A stretch of 63,777 bases of DNA, filler included, from Reticulomyxa filosa (Eukaryota > Protista > Foraminifera), in the NCBI GenBank assembly GCA_000512085.1. It is 22 parts of 22 records of this genome, joined end to end, with 100 filler letters (N's around TTAATTAATTAA, not from the genome) between each part and the next. Parts side by side here need not be neighbours in the genome. Positions count along the whole stretch, not along the records: positions 1 to 8,579 come from ASPP01009381.1; positions 8,680 to 14,334 come from ASPP01009753.1; 20 more parts are not named here. One strand, written 5' to 3'. The notes under the pieces are model-generated. The model worked only from the letters and a program-made list of their open reading frames with translations, made no database searches and was not told the DNA's origin. Shown in pieces: positions 1 through 11,298 of this stretch; the first letter of the stretch is position 1, and each line of letters begins with the position of its first letter. The position numbers were made by a program, and so were the translations under genes.

Positions 1-2380
1 TCAAATAGTAATTCCAATTCCAATTCCAATTCCAATTCAAATGGCAATGCAAGCACAAATGGAAACTTGGAATTGATAGAAAATGTAAAGTGTTTGCGCA
101 GTGGGAAGCGCGTAGTGCTGTACTCTCAAACGCCACAGCCCCACGGCAACTACAGCAAAGGCAAATGGATGAACCGCGCTCAAAAAAAGCGACAAAAGCA
201 GATTGAGCCGCGTGTGTTGGGATTTGTGAACGAGGAACATGAAGGTGAAGACGAAAGCAGAGAAGAAGAAGAAGAAGAAGGAGAAGAAGAAGCGGAAGAG
301 GAAGAAGATCAATTGCAAGGGAAAGAGTCAGCGCAAAACAAGTATGCATTGCATGAAATAGAAAAAGAAAATAAGTCAACACAAAACCAAGGCAATGCCT
401 CAACTCCGAACAAATTGGATGAACTTGATGCCACAATCACTGGAACAGAATTTGAAGAACTCAATCTTTTATTGTTTGTGTTTTTTTTTTTAAAGCTATA
501 TCTATATATATATGCATATAATAGATCAGATTATATGTATGTATGTGTTGTTATACTTGCTCTTGGACAAATGTCGAGGTTAGGAAAGACAAAAACTCCA
601 ATTTGCTGGGACTGTCGTTAGAAGATTCGAAGCTACGCAATCAAATGCGAATGGCGTCGGAAGCGCTGGCCGAATTGAACAAAACCAATAATCAACTTTT
701 TCGGTACAAAATGAAGTGCAAAGATTTGCAATTCCAAATGAATGACGCCATCACGAAGTGCAAGAAATTGGAAGAAAGGGTGGAAATCTTAAATCGCGAA
801 AACTCGGCCTTTGTGACGATGCAAGTGGAATTGTCCAAACAACTTGGTAATATAAATATATACATATATACATATACATATATATATGTATATGTTTAGA
901 TATAAATTACACATAACAAAATGACAGAAATGGAACGTACGCGTGCGGAAGAACATAAAAGTCAACACACAAAAGACACTGGGAATTTGTGCGAGCAAAT
1001 TCGCAACTATCATGTCGAAACGCAAAGTCTGACAAAGGAGTTAACGGAAATGAAACAAGCCAACGACTACTTGAAGCAAAAAATGGAACTATACAAAAAC
1101 TTGGATGTAACGAGCGCGAGCAAGAATCGCGAGTACTTGACGACCATCCAATGTTGTTTGAAAGACAATCGCACCGAGTATGTTGGGCTGCGTGCCTTTG
1201 TCGAAGAATTTATGGATTCCATGGGAGAGCAATACAAACTTGTGAAACAACGCGTCAGTTGAGACTTGTTCTATCGATTTATAAAAATATAAGTAAATCA
1301 ATAAAATAAAATAAATATTTGTATTATTAATTAATAGGTCAGTTACTCGCACAGCAATCGAAATGGATGAAACGCACCTCCATCTTGTGCCCAGTTCCGG
1401 GAACAGCTGGTGGAGGAGTAGGAGGAGGAGTAGGGAGCGCGGTTGTATTGCTACCCCCGATTGCAGAGCCAATGATAGACGAGCGTGCCAACGGACAATT
1501 GCAACAGCTGCTGCAAGAACACAATGAAGTACTGCAACAGTTTTCGCAACTGCAAGACTTGTATTTGCACGAAAAAGAATTCCGCAAGAAGTTGCTGGAA
1601 CAAATAATCGATTTGAAAGGAAACATTCGTGTCTTTGTCGAGTAAGACCGCCGATTCAAAGAGAAAACACTTTGGAGCCGAACTTGGAAATCAAGTGGCC
1701 GTGTCGTGTATTGACGATGAAAGGGTGTCTGTACAAATTGATCAGGTCTTCACTTCAAATTCAAACAAATACATTAAAATAAATCATTTCATTTTAATGT
1801 ATTTGTTTGAATTTGAAGTGGTCACTTATCCTTTGATACGTGAAAATAGAAAGAAATGAAAAGATTTGAATTCGATCAATTGTTTCATCCGTACGCAGAT
1901 CAGGCCAAGGTGTTTGAGGAGGTTATCCCATTGATTGCATGTGTAGTGAATGGATATAATGTTTTGTTTCTGTTTTTTTTAATGAATTGTTGATTTCGTT
2001 TATTCTTAAAAACAATGCTTTGTTGTTTGTTGTTGTTGTTGTTGTTGTTGTTCAGGTGTGCATATTTGCATACGGACAAACGGGGTCAGGGAAGACGTAC
2101 ACAATGGAAGGTGGAAATGACATTGAGCAAGCAGGTGTGATATATCGATCAGTGAACGAGTTGTTCCGCTTGAAAAAGGAAAAAATTGATCAGCACGAAC
2201 TATTGCACAGCAGTCGAAGCAAGGGCAACAACGGCGAGGAAGACAACTCCAATTATCAAGAGAAGGTGGACATTCGTGTGTGGCTTAGCTGTTTGGAAGT
2301 GTACAATGAAACGATCCGAGACCTCATGATCGATCGCAATGCGGAGATACAAACACAGCTCAAAGTCAAATTAGGTTTTG

Positions 2381-2411
<31 letters not shown>

Positions 2412-4794
2412 AAGGATCAAAACACACTTCACAAAATAATGCACACCTAACAAAAAAAAAAAAAAAAAAAAAGATAAAAATGGCAAAGTGACTGTTCCCG
2501 GTTTGACTCAAACCGAAGTGCATAACACAGATGAAGTGCGACAATTGCTGAAAAATGTTGCATCGAAAAACAGAGCCAGTGGTGTGACCAACATGAATGC
2601 TCATTCTTCACGATCTCATTGGTAATGTTAACCAATACACTTATATTCATATGTGTGTGTATTATTGTTTGACAATGAGAATGAACTCCTTATTTGTGGC
2701 TATGAACTTGAACAGTGTAATATTCATTGACGTGTGGATCGAAACGCGACGGAAGATGTCGCTGACTTGCCCTGCGGGCAATGACGACAATGAAGACTTT
2801 GAAGTGAATGCAAATGGGTCGGACAACGAATGGGTAGTTGTGGACAGCAGCCGAAGTCGCTTGGTGTTGATTGACTTGGCTGGGTCCGAGCGCGTGAAAA
2901 GGAGTGGAGTGACCGGCAAGGCAATGGACGAAGCGAAGAACATCAACCAATCTTTGTCCGCGTTGGGAAATGTAATGGCCGCTTTGCAAAGCAAGCAAAA
3001 ACATATTCCATTCCGAGACTCGACTCTGACATATCTATTGCATGACTGTCTAGGTACAATTTTTGTCCAATTTGTATTGTACTCTCTTGCAAAGGATTGC
3101 ATTTTGTTTTGAACGAGGATATACTTACAACAAACAATTTTGTATATGATGAATTAATCATAAACACAAAGGCGGCGATTCGAAGGCATTGATGTTTTGC
3201 AACATTTCGTGTGAAAGTGTGGATGTGAAGGAGTCGTTGAATACCTTGCAGTTTGCGACACGCGTGAGGAGCATCGAGTTGGGAGAAGCGAAAAAGCATC
3301 ACAGTGATGCCAACAATGGCAACATTTTGTGCAGCGCAACCAATCAAACTCAATTGGACACTATGAAAACACAATGCAAACAATTCAAACGCGAAGTCGA
3401 GTCCAAAAACACGGAGATAATGGAACTTAAGGGGTTGCTGCAAAAAACGAAAAAAGAATTGACCGCTCTCCAAAAAAAAAAGAAAACAATGACATGGCCA
3501 CCAGTAATAACAACAGCCATTCGGCGAATAATTTGGCCAATGCTGCAAACCTTTCCGAACAAAAAAAACTAAGCCAAGTGACGAAGGAAAATCAGGCATT
3601 AGAAAAAAAATTAAACAACACGAACACATTGGTCAACAAATTGAAACTTGAAAATCAAGAATTGAAGTCCAAACTTATTCAAAACAAAATTGTTTGTTTA
3701 TTTTTTTTTTTTGTCTTGTACGTATATTGCTTGGTGTCCACTTACTCCCTCTTTTTTTTGTCCATTTTTTTTTTCCAATCAAGAATGGCCGACCGTTAAC
3801 AGCTGCCAACTCACAGCGCCCACGGACTATTCGAAAGTCACCCACAAATGCAGTGACGGACAAGTCAATCCACCACACACAAAGAAAAAATCCAAATGAT
3901 TCAAAGCAGACGAAAACAAAACTTGGTCAAACAAAAACTTTCCTTGAAAATGAAATCAAAGAAAAAGAAAAAAGTAAAGACTCAGAAGATATCACGGAAG
4001 AACATGTACATTCTGATACTGAAAGCACCAAAGATGAACACAATGACTCGTTTGACAATATCAACCAGATCAAAAACATTGAAGGCAATACCAAAAGAGT
4101 TACATTTTGTGATCAGCCAAAAATTCTATTTCCAACCACCGACGATTCTTTTGTGCAGTTTTGGGTTTCATTATCTCTTTTTTTTAATATTGGGAGCTTA
4201 GCATTTTTGAAACTGTCACCAAGTGTTGTACGTGTTTATTCTTTTGCACAGGCCAAAAAAAATGGGACAAAAAAGAAAGTTATCTCCAGCAAATGAAGAA
4301 ATTGGCGAATATCGAGAAGGAGAAACCGATGAGATAATCGATCATCCAAATAAAAGGCAAAGAACGAATGGCTTTACTAGTACCTCAGCAACAAATCTTT
4401 TGGGTAATTAAATACAAGTAACAGAAGAAAAAATAATTGGCTCTGTCTTTTCACTCTTTCTGGATATGTATATGTTTAAACCCACAGATGCTAAATCAAA
4501 GCCTGCAACTTTGTTACCTAAAGTCGTCACGGTGGATAGTATCAAGAAAGCCATTCAATCCGGAACGTATACTGAAAGCGGTGTGTTTTATATCTACATG
4601 CTCTACTGTTTTGTGTTTTTTTGCAAGTTATCTATTTGGATTGCTTGTATCACATTTTAGACAACAAAGCTAGCACAAGTACCAAAACAGAAAAACTTAT
4701 GGAGACGAATACAAGCAATAAAGCTAGGTCTGCAATGTTGCCTGTAACAGTGAGCTCAGTGTTACATCAACTAGCAATGAACAAAAGATCATAA
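1..4794 (+). CDS. Kinesin-14 (KIFC3/KCBP-like) motor protein, multi-exon, 5'-truncated; coiled coil, motor (about 1580-3290), coiled coil and tail
   Basis: Neck [18 protein letters not shown](C)RVRP; FEFDQLF..Q..VFEEV; P-loop [22 protein letters not shown]; [11 protein letters not shown]; switch [12 protein letters not shown] (about 2587-2620); switch II DLAGSER; [13 protein letters not shown]; [21 protein letters not shown]. Two apparent 1-nt slips near 1636 and 1666. Confidence 0.93.
10..38 (+). repeat. AATTCC hexamer tandem repeat encoding (NS)n in the kinesin N-terminal region
   Basis: Direct reading: four full aattcc units plus a partial fifth, in an open frame. Confidence 0.8.
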
Positions 4795-5486
4795 AATGGT
4801 TTTATTTTGGAACGAATTGTTTTGTGAATTTTTTACCATTATTTAAGAAAAATTTTTTTAAACAACCAAAAAATGCTATACACTCCTTAATTCATCAACA
4901 ACCAACAAATCTCATCTTTTTTTATGAAATATTGCACCCAGCCCGAACCACACAAACATACACCGAAATCGATAGTTATATCAATTCGTTAACTACATGT
5001 TGATCGAACAAGTAGTGTTTTCGCAAAGAAAAACAAAACCCAAAAAAATTCATTACACATAACAACCCCTAACGAACAACACGGCTCAATCTTTTTTTGC
5101 TCTTCACGATGTGAAGCCTTTTAATTTTAAAAAGACAAAAAAAAAATTAAAAGTTCCTTCTGTAATAGGCACAATTTTCCCTTCTTGACATACCTTGTTT
5201 GTTCCATTTTGTCGGATTAGAACAAAAACAGATATGCCCACTACAAAAGGTCTAAAAAACTCAACAAAGAAAAAAAACCTAATTTCTCAAAAAAAGACAG
5301 AAAAACTCAACAACAGGTGAAAATCCAAAAATATTTTGTTAACTTGTGAAGTAATCATAACATGGACTATGAGCACCCATATCAGGTAACAAAAAGCCAC
5401 ATTGGTCGTCAATCTCAATACCATTGTTTGATAGATTAATTAAATAATCACCAACATTAGAGTCAACAACAGGAAGTGTTTCACTC

Positions 5487-8341
5487 TCATGGAGAGCCAT
5501 TTTTTTTGATTGTTAAACTATTTTCATCTAGTTCCATGGCAACGCTATTGCTGTAAGTAAGATCACTACTGTTTCGCAATTCAAAATGCAAATACCATTG
5601 GTTCGAATATTTCATCACTGAAATGCATGGAGATGAACACATTCCAGGGACACGATTTGCGCCAATGGTTACAGTAGATAATGGACATTGATAGGACCAG
5701 ATTTCTTTTTGATAAGAAATTTCACCTTTGTACGAAACATAAAACCCATACAATTTGAGATGATATCTTTTCTTTCCCACGGAAGAAGTGGTTGTGAACA
5801 AATAGCCAATCAAGAGCATACGTTTCTCGGTGACGTCGATATATACGCCACCTAATTTACATTCGGACAACAATTGCAACAATGCACTGTTGTAAACGTT
5901 TGGCATTGTGTCATTCACGTGTAGCATAAGCTTATAATATCGGCGATGCGTCAACAAACTTAAAGATGATATTAAATTACTATCATTACAAATCAATAAT
6001 ACTAATTGATTTGATGCATTTTCTTCCATTCCTAGTTCCTGGTAAGTGACACCCCCAAAGCGAACAAAAGAATTACAAGAGCAGAAATTTGTTACGTATA
6101 ATTGCGTATCATTAACTGTCTCCACACATACCTACGTACACAAAAAAAAAACAAAACATACGTTAAGTATGCCAGGATCTATAGACACCATCAAATCCTG
6201 AATATCAAACAAGAAGAACCACTTCAAATTATGTACAAGACTGTATGATACAGGAGGGATCGTCATTTGCCGCAAACTCGTATTACTCAATGCACGATCG
6301 ATTAAAAGTGTATCAAATGGTAAAAGTTCTAAGCACTTATTTCTTTCATTCAATTGATAAAAGCCATTGGACTGATCCCCAACGATGAAAAACGACGAGT
6401 TATTCACATACGAAGCGCACCAATTCACGTCGAGTTTCAGTCCGAGGGCCTGTAATCGCGGGTCCTTGCTCACGGAAAAGAATTGCCAGTCGCTACAACA
6501 GTACTCTTCATTGCATTTCCAAACCAAGCGTGTACGCAGCACCCCAACAGCACGTCTCTCGATCGCTTTTTGTGTATTGTGTATGGATTTTTTAATATTT
6601 GCTGTGCAATTACAAAAAAAAAAAAAAAAAAGAAACTTGTGAGTCAAGAATCAAAGCAGTCAAAATTCCATACGGCGACAAAAAAGCGACAACGGTTGTT
6701 GATACGAATCCTCTTTCGATCATAAGACGACTAAAGGTATTGTACCCAGCAAAGACGTCCACGTCAGTCTCAGTGGACAAAGATACGTTGGATCTCACAT
6801 TGGCGTCGAGGACATCCCTTTTGGCATTAGTTTGCACAACGGGGTGATCCCTTGCATATCCGTTTTGTGCGCTTGCATTAGAATCACTGGGTATAAAGAG
6901 CTCTCTCAACTTTTCGTATCTTTGGCGAAGGACATATTGGATAATCTTAGCCGGCAATGGTATATTGAGGGCTCCAATGGCTTGCCAAGTGATAAAGGAA
7001 TAGTACTTGACATGGAGTTGTTCGGTGGCAAGATGCCATGAACTCTCCTTCTCACTACGGGAAGAGTCACTGCTCCCCACTTTCCCTTCGAGAATGTTTT
7101 GGCTTGAAAGCTCACTCGAGCTGCGACTACTGTAGTTGCTCGAATCGCGGCTCCCTTCTTCATCGTTCGTCTCCACATCGGAGGCATGCCAATGCACTGT
7201 AAAACTGCAGCGTGTGTTCATGGAACAATTCACACACAGCGTTTTCAAAAATACAAATTCCCAAATCAACTCGGTCACTTGCTTTGGCAAAGACGCCAAA
7301 TATTTCTTTTGGCAATATCTCGCAAGCAATGCATTCATACTGTTTATATGTTTCGTAAATTTTTGGTACAATGGGCTGTACGTAAAAAACAGTGATCTTT
7401 GGGACTGTCTTTTCGCAAATATCTTTGCTTTCTTCAACTGTTCACTCGTTTCCAAAGTCATTATCGAATCGCTCAGCGACTTGCCTTCATTCCATTCGTC
7501 CTTCATTTCCTTGTTCATTCGTTCCAGTGTCACCCATTTATCATGCAGCAGCACCTATCCACCCATCATATACACACATACGCACATTAATTTTTTTTTT
7601 TTTTGTACCTTCTCCAAAGAAGAAGAGTTAAAACACAGGACACAAGAAAGAACTGGATTTAATTTCATTGCTGTTTCCATTTCTTTCATTGTGCCAAACT
7701 CCACAAAAGCCTGATTACTTCCAATATTCTTATGAACGTGTGTTGGGGAGATTTTTCTTTCTGTTTTTTTTTTTGTAGTTAATAAACGTCTTTGTTATGT
7801 CTCAACGGTCCTAGTTCAATGAAATTAAAAAAAAAAAAAAATTGTTCATACCTTGAAAAAAAACACTGAGTGATTCGGAAGTGACATCTGGCAGGCCTGT
7901 CAGCAACACGCAAAAATTGTTGTCTCGAACATGGCTGGCTTGCATTTGGGCTTGAGAAGCGACTCTTTGACTCAATGGACTGAGCACATTTGCCTGTGAT
8001 GGTCGCTCCTCTACTATCCTCGGCCAAGATACATTCGCTTGCGTCGGCAGTGAGTCAATTGGCTTGGGGATCAGGAAAAGCGGTGACGGTGCAAGCAAAC
8101 ATGGCAACGGATACGTCGGTAATGCATTCGAGCCCACTGGCTTCAGTTCGCACTTTTCTGTTGGTCGCGTATTCTCGGCGCTCTTTTTGATCCATGTTTC
8201 TGATGCACCTAGCACTTTCATTTTACTCGAGTGATGGCGTTCGTCGGTCGGATAGATAAGCACTTTCGCATTCAATGACATTTCATACTCGTTGCTTTTG
8301 AATAGCTCCACATACCTTTGTCTAATGTATTGACGATCCAA
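5487..8341 (-). CDS. Multi-exon RRM-containing hypothetical protein
   Basis: Splicing the ORF pieces gives CVLLTGLPDVTSESLSVFFQ/ERKISPTHVHKNIGSNQAFVEFGTMKEMETAMKLNP/VLLHDKWVTLER, an RRM with RNP2 and RNP1 (QAFVEF). Downstream exons 6610-7554, 6132-6600 and 5487-6125 are unassigned. Ends approximate. Confidence 0.7.
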
Positions 8342-8579
8342 GCTGAGTGCAGTTCTGCATGTTCAATTTGTTTGTTTGCTTATTTGTTTGTTTGTTTGTT
8401 TGTTTTGATTCATTTGCTTTCCTTCTCTTCTTTTTTTTTCCCCCTTCCCCTTTTTTTTTTTTTTTTTTTCTTTCCTCCTTTTGTACGAGTTAACTTTCGC
8501 TGTCCATGAGTTTTAAATACCACAAATGCGTTACCATTCAGTTTGCCCACTTCATCCAATATCAAAAAATTTGTACTGA

Positions 8580-8679
8580 NNNNNNNNNNNNNNNNNNNNN
8601 NNNNNNNNNNNNNNNNNNNNNNNTTAATTAATTAANNNNNNNNNNNNNNNNNNNNNNNNNNNNNNNNNNNNNNNNNNNN
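8580..8679. other. Artificial contig spacer N44-TTAATTAATTAA-N44 (first of 21)
   Basis: Identical 100-bp spacers start at 8580, 14335, 16786, 23700, 25998, 28707, 30273, 31965, 33069, 34631, 36234, 41141, 42378, 43866, 52994, 54585, 56529, 57775, 59657, 61271 and 62516. Confidence 0.99.
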
Positions 8680-8703
8680 AAAAAAAAAAAAAATTGCTAG
8701 AAT

Positions 8704-9102
8704 TTGGAGATTCGCAAGTTTGCACCGGGGAGAAAATATGTTGAGATTGACTTTAGCATGAATCCTGGAGGAATCGACTGGCAACAATCCTTGACAGATA
8801 ACACTGGCATTGATTTCATCAGTGTTGATGGGCGGGTTCGCAAACCCTGCTTGGAATATTCCTTGAACTTGATCAAACCGCATGGGGGAATTATGTTGTT
8901 GGATAATAGTGACCGAAAAGACGATCCTAATGGCGATCCGGCCAATTGGGATGGTGAACTTGCTCAATCTGCTGTTCCTAAACACTGGCTTAAATACTCC
9001 TCTTACAATCTTGACAAACATGTGGATAACTTAGACAACAAACGATGGTTGGACAATTCACAAACCACTATCTGGATCAGTAGGGATCCACGATGCTTGT
9101 GA
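8704..9102 (+). CDS. C-terminal exon of a class I SAM-dependent methyltransferase-like protein (5'-truncated)
   Basis: GIDFISVDGRVRKPCLEYSLNLIKPHGGIMLLDNSDR fits the D-x-I-x-V-DG ... L-x-P-GG-x-hhh-DN pattern of Rossmann-fold methyltransferases. Confidence 0.7.
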   Translation: MEIRKFAPGRKYVEIDFSMNPGGIDWQQSLTDNTGIDFISVDGRVRKPCLEYSLNLIKPHGGIMLLDNSDRKDDPNGDPANWDGELAQSAVPKHWLKYSSYNLDKHVDNLDNKRWLDNSQTTIWISRDPRCL

Positions 9103-9942
9103 GAAAACGCCAACAAACACAAAGACTGACTCTATTGTCTCTTTTTTTTTTTTTTTTTTAACTTTTACTTTTTTTTTTTTAAATTTATGATCCCGTTTTT
9201 GTTGCTTCTTTGACCATCACTTTCCGTTGATAAAATGTCAATTGGTTTAGTCTCTTATTTTCCCTTCATACATTCTCGCTTTCGGCATTTCCACCATAAT
9301 ACATATTTTATGTTTGTTCGGACTGTGCCTAAGTGTCAATTCTGAATGTATCATCTCCTTTTGAGTTTCTTTTTAATGAGATAATAAATTTTCAGAAGAG
9401 AACTATTACATCACTCAGATGTGTTCGTAGTTTCACACAACAAATTAATAAAGAAGAACCAACGCTATTTTCTTGCACAAGGTCATATGAATTCTTTTGA
9501 TTACATGGAGTTTTCGAATTACTACAAGCTACATAATAACGAATTACACTTTTTATCAATCCAAAAAGTAAATCAGTTTCTTGCATTGATATGTGTACGA
9601 GCGAAAACTCTATATTTCTAGTTCAGCAAAAAAGAAAGCCTTCATAACATTTACCAACATAAATCATGGGATCAACTTGCCCAACATGTTCAGATCCAAT
9701 TCAATCAGAAGTTGTGAACAGACAACGAGAGAAATTGTTTCCGGAGGTATATACATGACAACTGTAACTCTGTCTCTCGTAGTTGTAACTTTGTGTTTGC
9801 AACGTGGAAGGTGGTCTCTCAATCGATACAAGAAGACTCGCAATTGCAGCTGGAAAATAAGGTATATAAATCATCTTAGCGTCTAAAAAATGTGTTGTGA
9901 TTTGAAGAAAAAAAGTGTAACGATGTGTGGCTCAGGGAGACA

Positions 9943-10548
9943 ATGGGAAAAAAAGAAGAATCGGGTACAGAGGCAATGAAAAGTTTAAGTGAAATGAAAA
10001 CATTATTCGAGGATATGGCAACATTTATGGAAAAGCTGGCTCCAGCAAGTAAAAAACATATATGGAAACATGCAATGCATAATAAATTTAAGAAAAAATC
10101 AAGCAGCACAAACGGCGATCAAGATGAACAAACTTTGCAACAAAAACAAGTTGCCAAATTATTATGCGACTGTGTCATCATTTACATTCAAGTCACGTTT
10201 CACTTAAACAAAAAAATTATGGAACAAAAAAACATCAACCCAAAGCACATCAAAAAACCAAAAAACAGTACCAAAATCGTAAGAATAAGCCGCCATCTGT
10301 CGGATTGGTATTATCTCATGTTCAACCTGTAGCGCAGTGGATTGTTCAAAAATATAAAGCGTTGGAAAAGGATCGTTTCGAGCGTGAATCCACCTATTTT
10401 TCACAAATATTGCAAGAATATTCACAATCGTCTCTTCAGTTTTGTTTCTTTACTTTTGTTTTTTCTTCTTTCGGTTTTTGCTTTTTTTAAAATTATACAC
10501 TTACCAATTCACAGGCAGAATACCGGATTAACTTCTGGATTGAACTGA
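9943..10548 (+). CDS. Small multi-exon hypothetical protein
   Basis: ATG at 9943 and an open helical, lysine-rich frame, followed by probable short exons; no recognised domain. Confidence 0.4.
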
Positions 10549-11298
10549 ATCATCCAAATTTTAATTGAATTGTGTGACAACGTACAACATGAAATGTTAT
10601 ATCGGCCGATCAATTAACAGTTATTTATTGCAAAAAAATGTTAGGGTGTACGAGAGCATTAAGATTAAAGGGGTCCATTTTACTGGGATTTAAAAAATAT
10701 TTATATTAACTTTTTGTAAGAGGTAGTTTTTGGTTTTGCGTTCTTTCATTCATTGTTTTTTTCCTTTTCTTTCATTTTTGTTTACAATTTTTTAGTTGAC
10801 GAACATATTTTCTTTTCTTTAATCACAACTTGCACTGAGCTAAGCGCAAATAAAATTATAGCATCAAATATATTTTTCGGAAAATATAAAAAATTGTTAA
10901 TATTCTTTTTCATTTTTGAACATTTTAAGAAAATTAAGATGTACTCAGATATTAAAATTAAGAACTCTTTTCTTTTATTTTGTTATCATTGCAAAAAATT
11001 TTGAAAATTTGGTTCATTTTGATTTGCCGATCAGCAAGATGTAAAACAACAAGTTCGAACAAATTCATAAACACTCCCAACAATGCCTTTGGTGGGGAAG
11101 TACATTCCTCCCAGCTCTGTGTTTTTACTAGATCACAATGACTTTTGATCAAACACAAAATGGGACGAAAACGGTATAAAAACATAGAATGCAGTCATGA
11201 GTTTTTTGTCCTTTTCAGTCACGACGACACACAAAAACAAAAAGAAAGGAGCTTTACAAAACAAGACAAAAAAATCTCAATATTTGCAAATGCTTTGT

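Noticed and set aside
850-900. (TA)n/(TG)n tracts and poly-T/A runs as regulatory elements or bacterial terminators
   Set aside because: They recur inside introns throughout the window and reflect ordinary intron composition.
1630-1670. Programmed ribosomal frameshifting or RNA editing as a genome-wide mechanism
   Set aside because: Slips go in both directions, sit in homopolymers and share no motif; sequencing error is more parsimonious.
8624-8635. Regularly recurring palindrome TTAATTAATTAA as a biological repeat or CRISPR-like array
   Set aside because: Always centred in exactly 44+44 Ns; it is a synthetic six-frame stop linker.
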